From NCBI GenBank assembly GCA_016208615.1, contig JACQXS010000003.1, positions 5,675 through 69,674 of the forward strand: 64,000 bases of DNA, in the 5' to 3' direction. Source of the stretch: Candidatus Stahliibacteriota bacterium. Its GTDB lineage: Bacteria > Hydrothermota > UBA3073 > JACQXS01. The notes below the pieces were generated by a model, which saw only the letters and a program-made list of their open reading frames with translations, had not been told where the DNA came from and made no database searches. The position numbers and the translations under genes are program-made. Of this stretch, positions 16,789 to 26,996 are shown one piece after another. Each line of letters opens with the position of its first letter. Position 1 is the stretch's first letter.

Positions 16789-17904
16789 ATGAAAATATTA
16801 CTCATAAATTGGCAGGACAGAAAAAACCCTTTATCCGGGGGAGCTGAAATTCATATACATGAGATATTTGGTAGAATTGCAAAGTGTGGACACGAGATTA
16901 CATTTTTGTGTAGTTCATTTAAAGGGGCGGAAAAAAGAGAAATAGTAGATGGGATGGAAGTTTTAAGAATTGGCAGGCGGAGTAATTTTAATTTTTATGT
17001 CCCGTTTGCCACGCACACCCTATTAAAAAATAATTACGATATAGTAATTGATAACATAAATAAGATACCCTTTTTTACCCCATTATATGTCAAAAAAGTG
17101 CCTATATTAGCTATTGGGTATCACTTTTTTGGTCGCATCATCTATTATGAGACTAACCCACTCTTTGCCTCATATGTTTATTTCACAGAGAAATTAGTGC
17201 CTAAAATTTATAAAACCGAAGTATTCTCTGTAATATCAGAGAGCACAAAAAACGACCTAAAGGGGGTGCCGGACAATAATATTCATATAATTTCACCCGC
17301 TATAGCACCTGAATATATGCCTGCAATGGATAAGAAATCAACTACTCCTCTAATTGTGTATGTAGGAAGGATTAAGAAATACAAGTGCCTTGACCTGCTT
17401 TTACATTCTATGAAAACTATAATATCCGAGGTCCCAAATGTAAGACTGGATATTGTAGGGACAGGTGATTATATTACATATTTAGTTAAGTTATCCGATG
17501 AACTAAAATTGAATAATTATGTTAATTTTGTTGGCTTTGTCACTGAGCAACAAAAGATAGAGATTTTACAAAGTGCTTGGATGCTGGTTAATCCATCCGC
17601 CAAGGAGGGGTGGGGAATTACAAATATTGAAGCCAATGCTTGCGGTACACCAGTAGTAGCAAGCAATTCACCAGGATTAAGAGATTCGGTAGTTAATGGG
17701 GAAACAGGATTTTTAGTTGAACACGGCAATGTTAATGAATTGGCAACTACAATCGTAAAAATTATACGAGACACCAAATTAAGAGAAATACTATCCCAAA
17801 ATGGTATAGCGTGGGCGAAAAAATTCAGCTGGGATAGTGCCGCTCATAAGACCATACAGCTTATGGAAACTATTATTCAGAGCAAGGAAACTAATACCCT
17901 ATAA
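16789..17904 (+). CDS. glycosyltransferase family 4
   Basis: MKILLINWQD..NPLSGGAEIH, and a C-terminal half with the EGWGITNIEANACGTPVVASN..GLRDSV..GETGFLV (E-x7-E type) GT4 signature. Confidence 0.85.
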   Translation: MKILLINWQDRKNPLSGGAEIHIHEIFGRIAKCGHEITFLCSSFKGAEKREIVDGMEVLRIGRRSNFNFYVPFATHTLLKNNYDIVIDNINKIPFFTPLYVKKVPILAIGYHFFGRIIYYETNPLFASYVYFTEKLVPKIYKTEVFSVISESTKNDLKGVPDNNIHIISPAIAPEYMPAMDKKSTTPLIVYVGRIKKYKCLDLLLHSMKTIISEVPNVRLDIVGTGDYITYLVKLSDELKLNNYVNFVGFVTEQQKIEILQSAWMLVNPSAKEGWGITNIEANACGTPVVASNSPGLRDSVVNGETGFLVEHGNVNELATTIVKIIRDTKLREILSQNGIAWAKKFSWDSAAHKTIQLMETIIQSKETNTL

Positions 17905-17977
17905 CTTACGAAATTAGCCCCAAATCCCAACCAAATTCTACTTTCGACACCCAATAATATATGTAGTTAAAAAGAAC

Positions 17978-18008
17978 AGCCGTTCCTATTTTTGAAATAA
18001 GAACGGCT
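17978..18008. terminator. bidirectional hairpin terminator between convergent genes
   Basis: AGCCGTTC-c-TATTT-ttg-AAATA-a-GAACGGCT is a perfect extended stem. It lies between the GT4 stop (17904) and the RRM gene stop (18065). Confidence 0.55.
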
Positions 18009-18064
18009 AAACTCTAAGAATTTACTGCTTTTATATCTTGCAGATAATCTCTATGTAGGAGACC

Positions 18065-18481
18065 CTACCTTCTTCTATCGCCTCCGCCACCGCCTCTTCT
18101 GCCTCTACTGTCGCCTCCACCTCTTCCACCTCTTCTTTCTCCTCCATATCCACCACCCGAACCTCCGTACCCACCCGAACCTCCGTATCCACCCGAACCT
18201 CCATATCCACCACTATCTCTGCTTCTAAATTCAGGCTTTGGGCGAGCTTCGTTAACTACAATGGGTCTACCGGAAAATTCATAGCCATTAAACATCTCTA
18301 TTCCCTTCGCGGCTTCCTCATCGGTTGACATCTCCACAAAACCAAACCCCTTACTTCTGCCAGAGAAATTATCCGTAATTACATTTACAGATTGCACTGT
18401 TCCCGCTTTGGAAAACAGTTCTTCTAACTGGCTCCCTGTTACTTCATATGGGATATTTCCCACATATAACTTCTTCCCCAT
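18065..18481 (-). CDS. RRM-domain RNA-binding protein with Gly/Arg-rich tail
   Basis: KLYVGNIPY (RNP2) and KGFGFVEM (RNP1). The C-terminal (GGYGGS)n RGG-rich tail is encoded by an 18-bp tandem repeat. Confidence 0.9.
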   Translation of the reverse strand: MGKKLYVGNIPYEVTGSQLEELFSKAGTVQSVNVITDNFSGRSKGFGFVEMSTDEEAAKGIEMFNGYEFSGRPIVVNEARPKPEFRSRDSGGYGGSGGYGGSGGYGGSGGGYGGERRGGRGGGDSRGRRGGGGGDRRR

Positions 18482-18679
18482 CTCTCTCCTTCCCTATTCG
18501 GCAATGAAAGGCTATGAACCCAAGCTTCCCACCCCAGAATAAGTAATTTTTCTATATCTTGCATAAAATATACTACCTTTATCTCTTTGTCAAGTATTTT
18601 TTTTAATTTTGTCCCTAATCCTACTTTTAATTTGACAATCATTCAATTTTTATATATTTTACAATTAAAGGGGGAATAA

Positions 18680-20047
18680 ATGCTGAATCCAAATATATTT
18701 AGAACATATGATATAAGAGGGATAGCGGATGTGGATTTAACAGATGAAGTAGTTCATCAGCTTGGCTGTGCCTACGGAACATATCTAATAAAATCAAATA
18801 CCAAAAATCAAATACCAAAAATTGGAATTGGTCAAGATGTAAGACTTTCTTCTCCGAGAATAGCTAAAACTCTTATTGAGGGAATATTAGGGACAGGTGT
18901 TTCGGTGATAGATTTAGGAGTTGTTCCTACGCCTGTGGTTTATTTTTCTGTGTTCCATTACAACTATGATGGTGGGATAATGGTCACAGGTAGTCATAAT
19001 CCCGCAGAATACAATGGTTTCAAGATTCTCAAAGGCAGAGAGACTATTTATGGCAGTGAGATACAAGTATTAAGAGACTTAATGGAACAAGGTAAGTTTA
19101 TCAAAGGCAAGGGCGATTTAACCTCCTACAACCCTATCTCTGACTATCTTGGCTTTATCAAGCAAAAGATCTCTGTGTGTAGTGGTAAAAAGATAGTTAT
19201 TGACCCTGGCAATGGGACTTGCGGTCCTATTGCTACTGACTTACTTCATCAGCTTGGATGTTCTATTAAGTGCATTAACTGTACCCCTGATGGTAATTTC
19301 CCTGCTCATCTGCCCGACCCTACTATTCCTGCATATATGGAGGAACTGATAAAGGAAGTGCGGGCTTCGGGTGCTGACTTTGGTATCGGGTATGATGGTG
19401 ATGGTGATAGGATTGGCGTCATTGATGAACTGGGTAATATTATTTGGGGTGATAAGTTGCTGGGCTTGTTTGCCAAATATGTGATAAATCGGCACCCCGG
19501 TGCACCAATAATATTTGAGGTAAAGTGCTCTGATGGGTTAATAGAGCATATAAAATCGCTGGGTGGTAGACCAGTTATGTGGAAGACAGGTCATTCACTA
19601 ATAAAAGCAAAGATGAGAGAACTCGCTTCTCCACTGGCAGGTGAGATGTCGGGGCATATATTTTTTGCTGATAATTATTATGGTTATGACGATGCTATAT
19701 TTGCATCTATTAGGTTATTGGAGATAATGGCAAATGAAAAAAGTCCTATTTCACAACTTATAGCTGATATACCGGCATATTATTCTACCCCTGAGATTAG
19801 AGTAGATTGCTCTGATGAAATAAAGTTTGAGGTAGTAAATAAGCTGATGGCGTACTTTAAGTCCCAATACCCTGTTATAGATATAGATGGTGCAAGAATC
19901 CAATTTACGGAAGGATGGGGACTTGTGCGTGCCTCAAATACTCAGCCAGTGCTTGTTTTGAGATTTGAAGCCAAAAGTGAAACGCAATTAGAGAAAATAA
20001 AAAGCGAAGTAATAAATAAATTAGATGAGATTCTGAAATCGGTGTAA
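18680..20047 (+). CDS. phosphomannomutase/phosphoglucomutase-family (or GlmM-like) hexose-phosphate mutase
   Basis: FRTYDIRG, GIMVTGSHNPAEYNGFK (active-site Ser loop), GIGYDGDGDRIG (Mg site), GEMSGH. Contains a 2 x 14-bp in-frame repeat (SNTKNQIPK). Confidence 0.85.
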   Translation: MLNPNIFRTYDIRGIADVDLTDEVVHQLGCAYGTYLIKSNTKNQIPKIGIGQDVRLSSPRIAKTLIEGILGTGVSVIDLGVVPTPVVYFSVFHYNYDGGIMVTGSHNPAEYNGFKILKGRETIYGSEIQVLRDLMEQGKFIKGKGDLTSYNPISDYLGFIKQKISVCSGKKIVIDPGNGTCGPIATDLLHQLGCSIKCINCTPDGNFPAHLPDPTIPAYMEELIKEVRASGADFGIGYDGDGDRIGVIDELGNIIWGDKLLGLFAKYVINRHPGAPIIFEVKCSDGLIEHIKSLGGRPVMWKTGHSLIKAKMRELASPLAGEMSGHIFFADNYYGYDDAIFASIRLLEIMANEKSPISQLIADIPAYYSTPEIRVDCSDEIKFEVVNKLMAYFKSQYPVIDIDGARIQFTEGWGLVRASNTQPVLVLRFEAKSETQLEKIKSEVINKLDEILKSV

Positions 20048-20099
20048 TAATTTAGTTTCCTAAACTTTAGAGTACAAAAACTTTTTGGGGCTTCAATGT

Positions 20100-20903
20100 T
20101 TATTCTTTATATCCCTCTACATAAATACTAACTACATAGTCTTCAAGAGACTCGTTCTCTCCCAAACCATCTAAAATAGCCCTGCCTATTGGGTCTTTTG
20201 TATTTGAATCTACGCAGGCAGATGTACCTTTGACTGTAATTTTTACATCTTTTAACCCTGACGCTTCAACTATCCTTTTATACTCGTCAACAAGTATTGC
20301 CCCTCCAACACAACCTACATAAGCTTCAATGCTCTCCTGAATCCTATTAGGAAGTTCCTTAAGAAGGGCAATATCAGAAATCGCTATTCTCCCACCAGGC
20401 ATTAGAACCCTATGAACCTCTTGAAAAACATTTATCTTATCAGCCGATAAGTTGATAACACAGTTGCTTATAACTACCTCAACCGAGTTATCTTCTACTG
20501 GTAACTTTTCAATCTCGCTAAGTCTGAACTCCACATTTTCAACGCCATTCTTTTTTGCATTCTTTTTTGCTTTCTCTATCATTTCAGGCGTCATATCTAT
20601 CCCGATGACTTTACCCTTTGGTCCCACTTTAGTGGCAGACAGAAAACAATCAAACCCAGCACCTGAGCCAAGGTCAAGAACAACTTCACCTTCTTTGAGG
20701 ATGGCTAAGGCTGTTGGATTTCCGCAACTCAAAGCCAAGTTAGCTTCATCCGGGATAACTTTTAGTTCTTCTTCTGAATAACCAATAGATTTAGCAAATT
20801 CTTTAGTGTCTGGACCACAAGTGCCGCATCCACAACCTTCTTGCCTTTGAGCAATCTTGCCGTAGGCTTCTCTTACTATTTTTTGTGTCTCTTTTTTGTT
20901 CAT
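20100..20903 (-). CDS. SAM-dependent methyltransferase, arsenite methyltransferase (ArsM)-like
   Basis: VREAYGKIA...GCGCGTCGP...SCGNPTA...VLDLGSGAGFDCF... is the ArsM-type pattern. The start is set at MNKKETQK (20903); the longer ORF start at 20945 lies in the duplicated segment. Confidence 0.75.
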   Translation of the reverse strand: MNKKETQKIVREAYGKIAQRQEGCGCGTCGPDTKEFAKSIGYSEEELKVIPDEANLALSCGNPTALAILKEGEVVLDLGSGAGFDCFLSATKVGPKGKVIGIDMTPEMIEKAKKNAKKNGVENVEFRLSEIEKLPVEDNSVEVVISNCVINLSADKINVFQEVHRVLMPGGRIAISDIALLKELPNRIQESIEAYVGCVGGAILVDEYKRIVEASGLKDVKITVKGTSACVDSNTKDPIGRAILDGLGENESLEDYVVSIYVEGYKE

Positions 20904-20922
20904 TTTTGCCTTCCCATATTTT

Positions 20923-21064
20923 TTAATGTTGTTTGAATAAATCAAGGAAGCGGTCTTCGTAGGAGTCGAACAGATTCCATTTATCCAATTCCCTTTTCAA
21001 TGTATATGCTTTATCTTTGTCCTGCCTTGCTTCTCGGAATAGTCTTTCTATTTTTTGTCGCACA
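20923..21064. repeat. 142-bp direct repeat, copy A (orphan duplicate of the PAC2 gene 3' end)
   Basis: Hand alignment with 23346-23487 shows 140/142 identical (TTAATGTTGTTTGAATAAATCAAGGAAGCGG...TTTTTTGTCGCACA). Confidence 0.9.
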
Positions 21065-21140
21065 AAGTTATTTGATGTGCCAAACTTTCAATATCCTCGA
21101 CATTTTACCAAGCTCTTGTTATGCAAAGCCAAGTTATCCG

Positions 21141-22739
21141 TCAAACGAACTCCATCAACTTTTTCATTCGTCCCGGTTGCGCCCAATTACAAGTCCCTTG
21201 CATTCTCAATGAACTCAGATATTCCTGAATGAGTGGATTTGTCAACTTGTCAAGAACTTGATTTGCTTCTTGCAAACTTGAAACACCGATGTAAGCATTG
21301 AGTGATTGATTGCCTTGCCACGAACCAAAATAATTATCGGGGGGCAAAATTTTTGGAGCGAAGATGCTTTCACCAAATGCTTTCCACATTATTTTGTAAG
21401 AAGCAAAACTATATTCGCCAATTCCGAGTAATGCCCACCAGAAACCTTTATTTAGCCAAATATTGATAAAAACGCCTTTTCTATTTTGTAATATTGTTTG
21501 ATATTTTGAAAGGTAATTGAATAATCCCTCCTCTTGTTTGAGTGTTGCAATGTCTATCGGTTTTCCACTGGCAAAGTGTGGAACAAGAATTAGTTTTTCA
21601 GGTTTAGGATTTTGTGATGTGAGTGTTGTTGATACAACGAGAGGGTAAACATATTTTCTGTTTACTATGATGTTATCTCCCAGCTTATTTTTCAGACATA
21701 CCCTTTCCTCATCTAAAATTTTGTATGAGTTGAAAAAGAAAATATCCTTTGCTCCGCAAGGGTTTATTCCTTGTCGTGGCTGGCAATATTTTGGCAAGGA
21801 AATTTTTTGAAAATTACTTAACCTGTTCTCGGCTTCTTCATTGTCAAAAACTGTTAGAGGGTCGGTAAGATTAAATAGCGGTTTTGCTTTGTGAGTTTCC
21901 CAGTTATCATTTTTTAGGACATGATATTTAATAGGAAATGCTTGCTTTTGATTTCTTTGAAAATGTGCAATACCATATCTCCCTAAGATGTTCTCAAATA
22001 TTTTCTCTCCATTGAAATCAAAAATATCCTCTACCAAAAAATCAATTCCACGAACTTTGTAATTTCTAAATTCCTGGTTTGCTCCATCATTTTGAAATAT
22101 GGAAAGTGGCAAAAAGAAAATTGCCTTACCGTTTTTATTGAGGTTGGAGTGAAGAACTTTAGCAATCACCAAAGTTGCGATATCTGTTCTTGCATTGCCC
22201 AACAATAAATCTTTTTGATTTCTGACTAATCCAAAATGAATAAAAAGAGGCTTGATTCTTTCTTTGTAATCCTCGTCCAAATCTGTAAAGTTCACCCAAG
22301 GCGGATTACCAATCAGTAAATCAACTCTGATTTCTTTTTCAAGAAAAAAGATATCACCTTGAATGAAATTATCTTTCGGAAAATCAATTCCAAAATTTTC
22401 TGAAACCGATTTGTAAAAATTATCTACATAATAAGGATTTAATTCAATGCCGTAGAGTCGATTGATTTTTTCTTGAGTTAATTCAACTCCTTGTTTTCTT
22501 GCAATATGTAGAAATACTTTGATAAAAACGCCCTCTCCCGCTGTTGGGTCTAATACTGTTGCTCCGTTCAGCCACTCTTTGAAGAAATGTTTTTCAACAA
22601 GGTTGTTTGCATGCTTTATAGGAGTAAAAAAAGCACCAAACTTTCGCTTGTAATTATCCGCGAGGAAATTTGAAGTAAGTATATCCATCTTTTTTAAATT
22701 GAAGTATTGCGTTTTTTCTAATTTCGGCATCCCTGCCAA
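21141..22739 (-). CDS. N6-adenine DNA methyltransferase (gamma class, Eco57I/TaqI-like)
   Basis: GAFFTP (motif X), VLDPTAGEGVF (motif I), LLIGNPPWVNF (motif IV NPPW), and a long C-terminal target-recognition region. The true start may be MDILTS at 22688. Confidence 0.85.
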   Translation of the reverse strand: MAGMPKLEKTQYFNLKKMDILTSNFLADNYKRKFGAFFTPIKHANNLVEKHFFKEWLNGATVLDPTAGEGVFIKVFLHIARKQGVELTQEKINRLYGIELNPYYVDNFYKSVSENFGIDFPKDNFIQGDIFFLEKEIRVDLLIGNPPWVNFTDLDEDYKERIKPLFIHFGLVRNQKDLLLGNARTDIATLVIAKVLHSNLNKNGKAIFFLPLSIFQNDGANQEFRNYKVRGIDFLVEDIFDFNGEKIFENILGRYGIAHFQRNQKQAFPIKYHVLKNDNWETHKAKPLFNLTDPLTVFDNEEAENRLSNFQKISLPKYCQPRQGINPCGAKDIFFFNSYKILDEERVCLKNKLGDNIIVNRKYVYPLVVSTTLTSQNPKPEKLILVPHFASGKPIDIATLKQEEGLFNYLSKYQTILQNRKGVFINIWLNKGFWWALLGIGEYSFASYKIMWKAFGESIFAPKILPPDNYFGSWQGNQSLNAYIGVSSLQEANQVLDKLTNPLIQEYLSSLRMQGTCNWAQPGRMKKLMEFV

Positions 22740-23334
22740 TTCTCTCGTAATGCTTTATAGCTAAGTCACAGAAGATATCAAAAAAGTTATGGTAGGTTCT
22801 ATTCCAGTCCAACTCATTCCACATTTGTTGAAGTGTATAGTTAAGACGGACCTGCCCTGTTCCTAAATTTTCAATTCTGTAAGTGTCTGCCGGGAAGGTA
22901 TGAAAAGGTGCAACTCTGATATATTCAATGTCTCGGAGATTACTACCCTCTTTAGCTTCGTTGTGTCCGAATTCAATAATCATAAAAACACCTTTATCAT
23001 TTGCAAGGTATTTCAATAGATTACTCACAGCACAAACACCTCCGTCGGAATATCTCTGTTTATCTAAATCCTTTGTCTTAATGTCCAAACCGATAAATGT
23101 TTGTGGAGTTCTGAAAGCAAAATCAAAAATCGTTCGTCTACCCGGGATAGGAACTTCTTCATATCCAAGGTTTGTACAGATATTAAACCAGTTAGTTTTT
23201 ATCTTACTCTCAATGAAAGCACCGAACGCTCTCGAATCTTCTCTTTCACTAATACTAGATTGGAAGTCAGCAAAGAGGATTTCAATTTGCTCTTGAACAG
23301 ATTCGGATAGTCGTTTGAAATTTATTTGTTCCAT
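22654..23334 (-). CDS. putative type II restriction endonuclease
   Basis: 226 aa, directly upstream of and overlapping the MTase gene. It has a possible PD-(D/E)xK-like core (IFDFAF...IGLDIKTKD). No family recognised, so the call rests on context. Confidence 0.5.
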   Translation of the reverse strand: MEQINFKRLSESVQEQIEILFADFQSSISEREDSRAFGAFIESKIKTNWFNICTNLGYEEVPIPGRRTIFDFAFRTPQTFIGLDIKTKDLDKQRYSDGGVCAVSNLLKYLANDKGVFMIIEFGHNEAKEGSNLRDIEYIRVAPFHTFPADTYRIENLGTGQVRLNYTLQQMWNELDWNRTYHNFFDIFCDLAIKHYERIGRDAEIRKNAILQFKKDGYTYFKFPRG

Positions 23335-23345
23335 ATTGTCGTAAG

Positions 23346-23487
23346 TTAATGTTGTTTGAATAAATCAAGGAAGCGGTCTTCGTAGGAGTCGAACAGATTC
23401 CATTTATCCAATTCCCTTTTCAATGTATATGCTTTATCTTTATCTTGCCTTGCTTCTCGGAATAGTCTTTCTATTTTTTGTCGCACA
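23346..23487. repeat. 142-bp direct repeat, copy B (authentic 3' end of the PAC2-family gene)
   Basis: See copy A. This copy encodes ...RLFREARQDKDKAYTLKRELDKWNLFDSYEDRFLDLFKQH*. Confidence 0.9.
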
Positions 23488-24257
23488 TATATCGGAATCT
23501 CCCCCGTTTGTTCAGCAATACCTAATGGGGGATTACCTAATTCTTCTTGTAGCCTTTCCTCTAATTCGGTCATCTCTTTTTCCATTCGCTCTATTTCCAT
23601 ATCAAGTTTTGTAGTATCTATCTTTATCCCCAATATGTGTTCAATTACTTTAATTATAGCTCTTGATGCTTTGGGATTAGGTATATTTATCGCATACAAA
23701 GGCATAGTCGCCAATAAACAGGCTGCCGGGACTTCAATTTCTCTTGCATACCCTAATAAAAGGCCATTTAGTCCAGATATTTCGCCCCGTTCCATCACTT
23801 TCAGTTTGTACTCTCTAAATAATAGGTCCCGTAATATGGTAGTAGTTGCACACCCATATACTGTTGACGGTTCATCGTGGTTTATTGGTAAAGGGAATGC
23901 AGCACCCGTAAATATTTTAGATACCTGAAACTCTTTTATCAATTTAATTATCTGCTCCATTAAAATAAGTCCCGGCTTATCGCGTATCTGTACATCTCCT
24001 TCCAGTATAATTAAATCTGGGTGCTTCCTATAATAGATAGTCTGTTTTGGGGGAGCCGGTAGTTTTAGCATCCCCTTTTCAACAATAACTCCATCAGGAA
24101 CTACAAATGGTGATACATCAATCTCTGCAAATAGTTCAGCTTTTAACTCTTTCCTCAAATACCCTGTTGCAATCAGCGATACATTCCCCATTCCCGGCCA
24201 TCCCGCTATCATAATCGGACGATGGAGATTTATCTGCTGATATATTTTTAACTCCAT
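23346..24257 (-). CDS. PAC2 (proteasome assembly chaperone 2-like) family protein
   Basis: HRPIMIAGWPGMGNVSLIATGYL...ISGLNGLLLG... is typical of the PAC2/COG1938 family. It has a coiled-coil C-terminal extension. Confidence 0.7.
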   Translation of the reverse strand: MELKIYQQINLHRPIMIAGWPGMGNVSLIATGYLRKELKAELFAEIDVSPFVVPDGVIVEKGMLKLPAPPKQTIYYRKHPDLIILEGDVQIRDKPGLILMEQIIKLIKEFQVSKIFTGAAFPLPINHDEPSTVYGCATTTILRDLLFREYKLKVMERGEISGLNGLLLGYAREIEVPAACLLATMPLYAINIPNPKASRAIIKVIEHILGIKIDTTKLDMEIERMEKEMTELEERLQEELGNPPLGIAEQTGEIPIYVRQKIERLFREARQDKDKAYTLKRELDKWNLFDSYEDRFLDLFKQH

Positions 24258-24326
24258 TGATATAAGCTGTTTTAACTTAATATGAGGGTTGCCCTTCTAA
24301 TAACCGACCACCGATACCGAAACCTA

Positions 24327-25790
24327 TTATTTGGGTTTAGTTGTGCCGTAGGTTCTTTTGTAATCTTTTTGCTGCAAGTTAGCCAATGCAGTTCTTGCCG
24401 ATTCTTTCACATCCTCTTTTTCATCGTTATGGGCAATATATTCTAAAGTCTTCTCTGTCCTTTTATCCAATCTTGCTCCCATAGTTACGCAAGCTAAGTA
24501 TCTAATCTGCCAATCCGCATGCCTTGAGAACAGGAAAATCTGGTCATAAATCGCATCTGCTGGTAAGCCACCACAAGCTTGGGCAGCTACAATTCTGATT
24601 TCCCAAAACTTACGCGACTCTTTCATTATTCTGTAAAGCGTAGTATCAGCTCTCGGGTCACCAAGTTGACCGAGTGATATTATGGCGCTTTTTGCCACCA
24701 TTGTCGTGGAATCATCCACAAATTCTAACAATGCCTGTACAGCAGCTGGGTCGCAGAATCCTAATTTCCCTAATCCCTGTGCAGCTCTTGCGCGAACTAT
24801 TGAATCAGGGTCTTCAAGTGCTTCTACGAGTGGAAATTGGGCAGAAGATTCGTGCACCTCTTCTAATCTTCTTATGGCATATAACCTTGCACCTCTTTTG
24901 CCTGAACCTACTACTTTAGAAAGCAGAGGTATATCCTTCTTGACATTAAAAAATGAATCAAGTGCCGTCTCAGCGAATGGCCGTGTCTCGTCCGGCTCTA
25001 ACAACTCAATAATGATGGGAATAACATTGTTATCTTCATCAATCAGTGTTCGTAGTGCTTCGGAGACTGCATTCCGTACTTCATTATCCGGGTCATCAAG
25101 TGTAAAAGCAAGACAAGGAATAGCACCCGGTTTATCTCCTATTTGTGCGAGAGCAGTGGCAGCGGCTATTCTGCACAGCGGCATATCTTCGGTCGTATGG
25201 TCTAAACGATTGCAAAGATGTGGCACTGCTGCTTCTGCACCCATCTTGCCTAATGAATAAGATGCCTCTTCGCGCACTTTGGCACTGGCAGTATCACCCA
25301 GTACGGATATAAGCGCAGTTATGGCACCAGGGTCATTAAGTATGCCTAATGCTTCGGCTATTCTTGCCCTTCTACGCCAATCAGTATTAATATCCCGTAG
25401 GGCTTGAACACAAATTGGTAATCCCGCAGGGTCTTTGAGCCGTGATAAAGCTTCTGCTACCGCATATCTTACCATAGGATATGGGTCATCCAATACTTTG
25501 CGTAATGGGCCCCTCGATTTGTTATCGCATAGTTTGCCAAGTGCTTCCGCTACATACATCCTTACCTTTGGCACCTCATCATTCAGTGCCGTTATTAAGT
25601 CAGGCACAAATTTACAATTCCCCGCATCCCCCATTATCTCTGCCGCCTCCCATCGCTTTTGAGGAATACCTTGCTTCAAATCGTGCTTGTATTTTGCGAG
25701 TTCCATCTCGTCATACCTGATTTCCTTCATCTTATCCCCAAAGGCAAGCACAGGCAAACTCAAACAAAGAATAAAAAATAATCTCTTCAT
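24327..25790 (-). CDS. secreted HEAT-repeat (PBS-lyase HEAT-like) protein
   Basis: Signal peptide MKRLFFILCLSLPVLAFG. There are more than 10 repeats of the ...D.D..VR..AA.ALG.IGD..A...L... type. Confidence 0.8.
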   Translation of the reverse strand: MKRLFFILCLSLPVLAFGDKMKEIRYDEMELAKYKHDLKQGIPQKRWEAAEIMGDAGNCKFVPDLITALNDEVPKVRMYVAEALGKLCDNKSRGPLRKVLDDPYPMVRYAVAEALSRLKDPAGLPICVQALRDINTDWRRRARIAEALGILNDPGAITALISVLGDTASAKVREEASYSLGKMGAEAAVPHLCNRLDHTTEDMPLCRIAAATALAQIGDKPGAIPCLAFTLDDPDNEVRNAVSEALRTLIDEDNNVIPIIIELLEPDETRPFAETALDSFFNVKKDIPLLSKVVGSGKRGARLYAIRRLEEVHESSAQFPLVEALEDPDSIVRARAAQGLGKLGFCDPAAVQALLEFVDDSTTMVAKSAIISLGQLGDPRADTTLYRIMKESRKFWEIRIVAAQACGGLPADAIYDQIFLFSRHADWQIRYLACVTMGARLDKRTEKTLEYIAHNDEKEDVKESARTALANLQQKDYKRTYGTTKPK

Positions 25791-25884
25791 CTCCCCTCCT
25801 CTTTGCATAAATTTATACCCCTATAAACTATCTTCCACCTCTATTCTTGTAGAAACTTACATATAATAATAGAGTTAGTAGAGC

Positions 25885-26298
25885 TTACTTAACTTCACAA
25901 ATTCCGCCAGCTGCAACTATTCTTTTAGCGATTGCTTCTGCCTCGTCCTTTGAAACTTTTGCCTTTACAACACAAGGCGCACCTTCAACTAATTCTTTTG
26001 CCTCTTTTAGTCCAAGGTCAGTAACCTCTCGCACTGATTTAATCACTGGGATTTTCTTATCCTCAAATGATTTTAAGAAGACATCAAATTCCACCTTCTC
26101 TTCGGCTGGCTTTTCATCAGCAGAGGCAGCGGCGGCAGCAGGTGCTGAAGCCACCGCAACCGGTGCTGCTTTAACACCAAACTTTTCCTCCAATCCTTTT
26201 ATAAGTTCAGAAAGCTCCAAAACCGACATCTTCTCTATGCTCTCAATTACCTTAACCTTTGCATCTACCTTAACTTTTACATCCTTTTTTTCTGCCAT
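25885..26298 (-). CDS. rplL: 50S ribosomal protein L7/L12
   Basis: [19 protein letters not shown], an Ala/Pro hinge, and a C-terminal domain [44 protein letters not shown]. Confidence 0.95.
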   Translation of the reverse strand: MAEKKDVKVKVDAKVKVIESIEKMSVLELSELIKGLEEKFGVKAAPVAVASAPAAAAASADEKPAEEKVEFDVFLKSFEDKKIPVIKSVREVTDLGLKEAKELVEGAPCVVKAKVSKDEAEAIAKRIVAAGGICEVK

Positions 26299-26299
26299 T

Positions 26300-26827
26300 T
26301 TAACTCCTTTCTTCTTTTTCTCGGTTATCCTTTATTTGAACCAATACTTGGGATAAATTCGTTAAAAGTGATTGTAGCACCTGAATCAGCCCATAAAAAG
26401 GTGAATTAAGATTAGCCAAAAGTTGTGCTACTAATACTTCTCGCCCAGGAAGGGTAGCAATCTCTTTAACTTCATCCAAAGAAAAGCTACGACCCTCAAA
26501 CCAACATCCTTTTATCTTGAATTTAGTCTCTTTTTTCTGTAAATTAGTTAATAGTCGCGACCCTACTGCTAAATCGCTTCCCATACATATTCCCACAGCC
26601 CCTTCCATCCATTCATCAGATATTGGGATTTCTAATTCCTCTAAAAGGTGCGAAAAAATAGACTTCTTCATCACCCGATAAGATAAAGAATTAAGACGCA
26701 AATTTTTACGCATCTCCCTCATTGTTTCTACGGGTAAGCCAGTAAAATCTGTGAACCAAAATCCTTTTATATCAGATAAAGTATGCTTTAATTCTTCAAC
26801 TTGTTTTATTTTGTCTGCTACTTTCAA
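26300..26827 (-). CDS. rplJ: 50S ribosomal protein L10
   Basis: Lies immediately upstream of rplL. TTG start is preceded by AAGGAGG. The sequence shows L10 features (K...V.EL........F..DF.GL.V..M..+R..LR.......V.K). Confidence 0.85.
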   Translation of the reverse strand: MKVADKIKQVEELKHTLSDIKGFWFTDFTGLPVETMREMRKNLRLNSLSYRVMKKSIFSHLLEELEIPISDEWMEGAVGICMGSDLAVGSRLLTNLQKKETKFKIKGCWFEGRSFSLDEVKEIATLPGREVLVAQLLANLNSPFYGLIQVLQSLLTNLSQVLVQIKDNREKEERS

Positions 26828-26996
26828 TTATGCCTCCTTACCTTTCAATTAAGCGTCTTTATGGATATGAAATCATATTATTATAGTTTTTTAACATAGT
26901 TATACTCATTGTCAAGCAAAAAATCTCTTTTTGACTACTCCTTTTTTTAATTTGTTGATTTTACGCTTGTATTTTAGGGATAGTCAAAAAATCCCC

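Larger units (their letters stand above)
21065..23345 (-). mobile_element. inserted restriction-modification cassette bracketed by the 142-bp direct repeat
   Basis: Exactly the R and M genes and nothing else lie between the two repeat copies. No integrase or transposase is present. Confidence 0.65.

Noticed and set aside
21000-21232. ORFs 21000-21212 and 21017-21232, and the similar ORF 23423-23614 (MYMLYL...LLLGIVFLFFVA..)
   Set aside because: Their similarity merely reflects the 142-bp direct repeat read on the non-coding strand of the PAC2 gene 3' end. They are not paralogous genes.
26828-26996. rplJ leader or promoter
   Set aside because: A TTGACA (26915-26910) and a TATAAT (26885-26880) exist on the minus strand, but they are 24 nt apart. 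No convincing L10-leader structure could be established by eye, so it is not reported as a feature.
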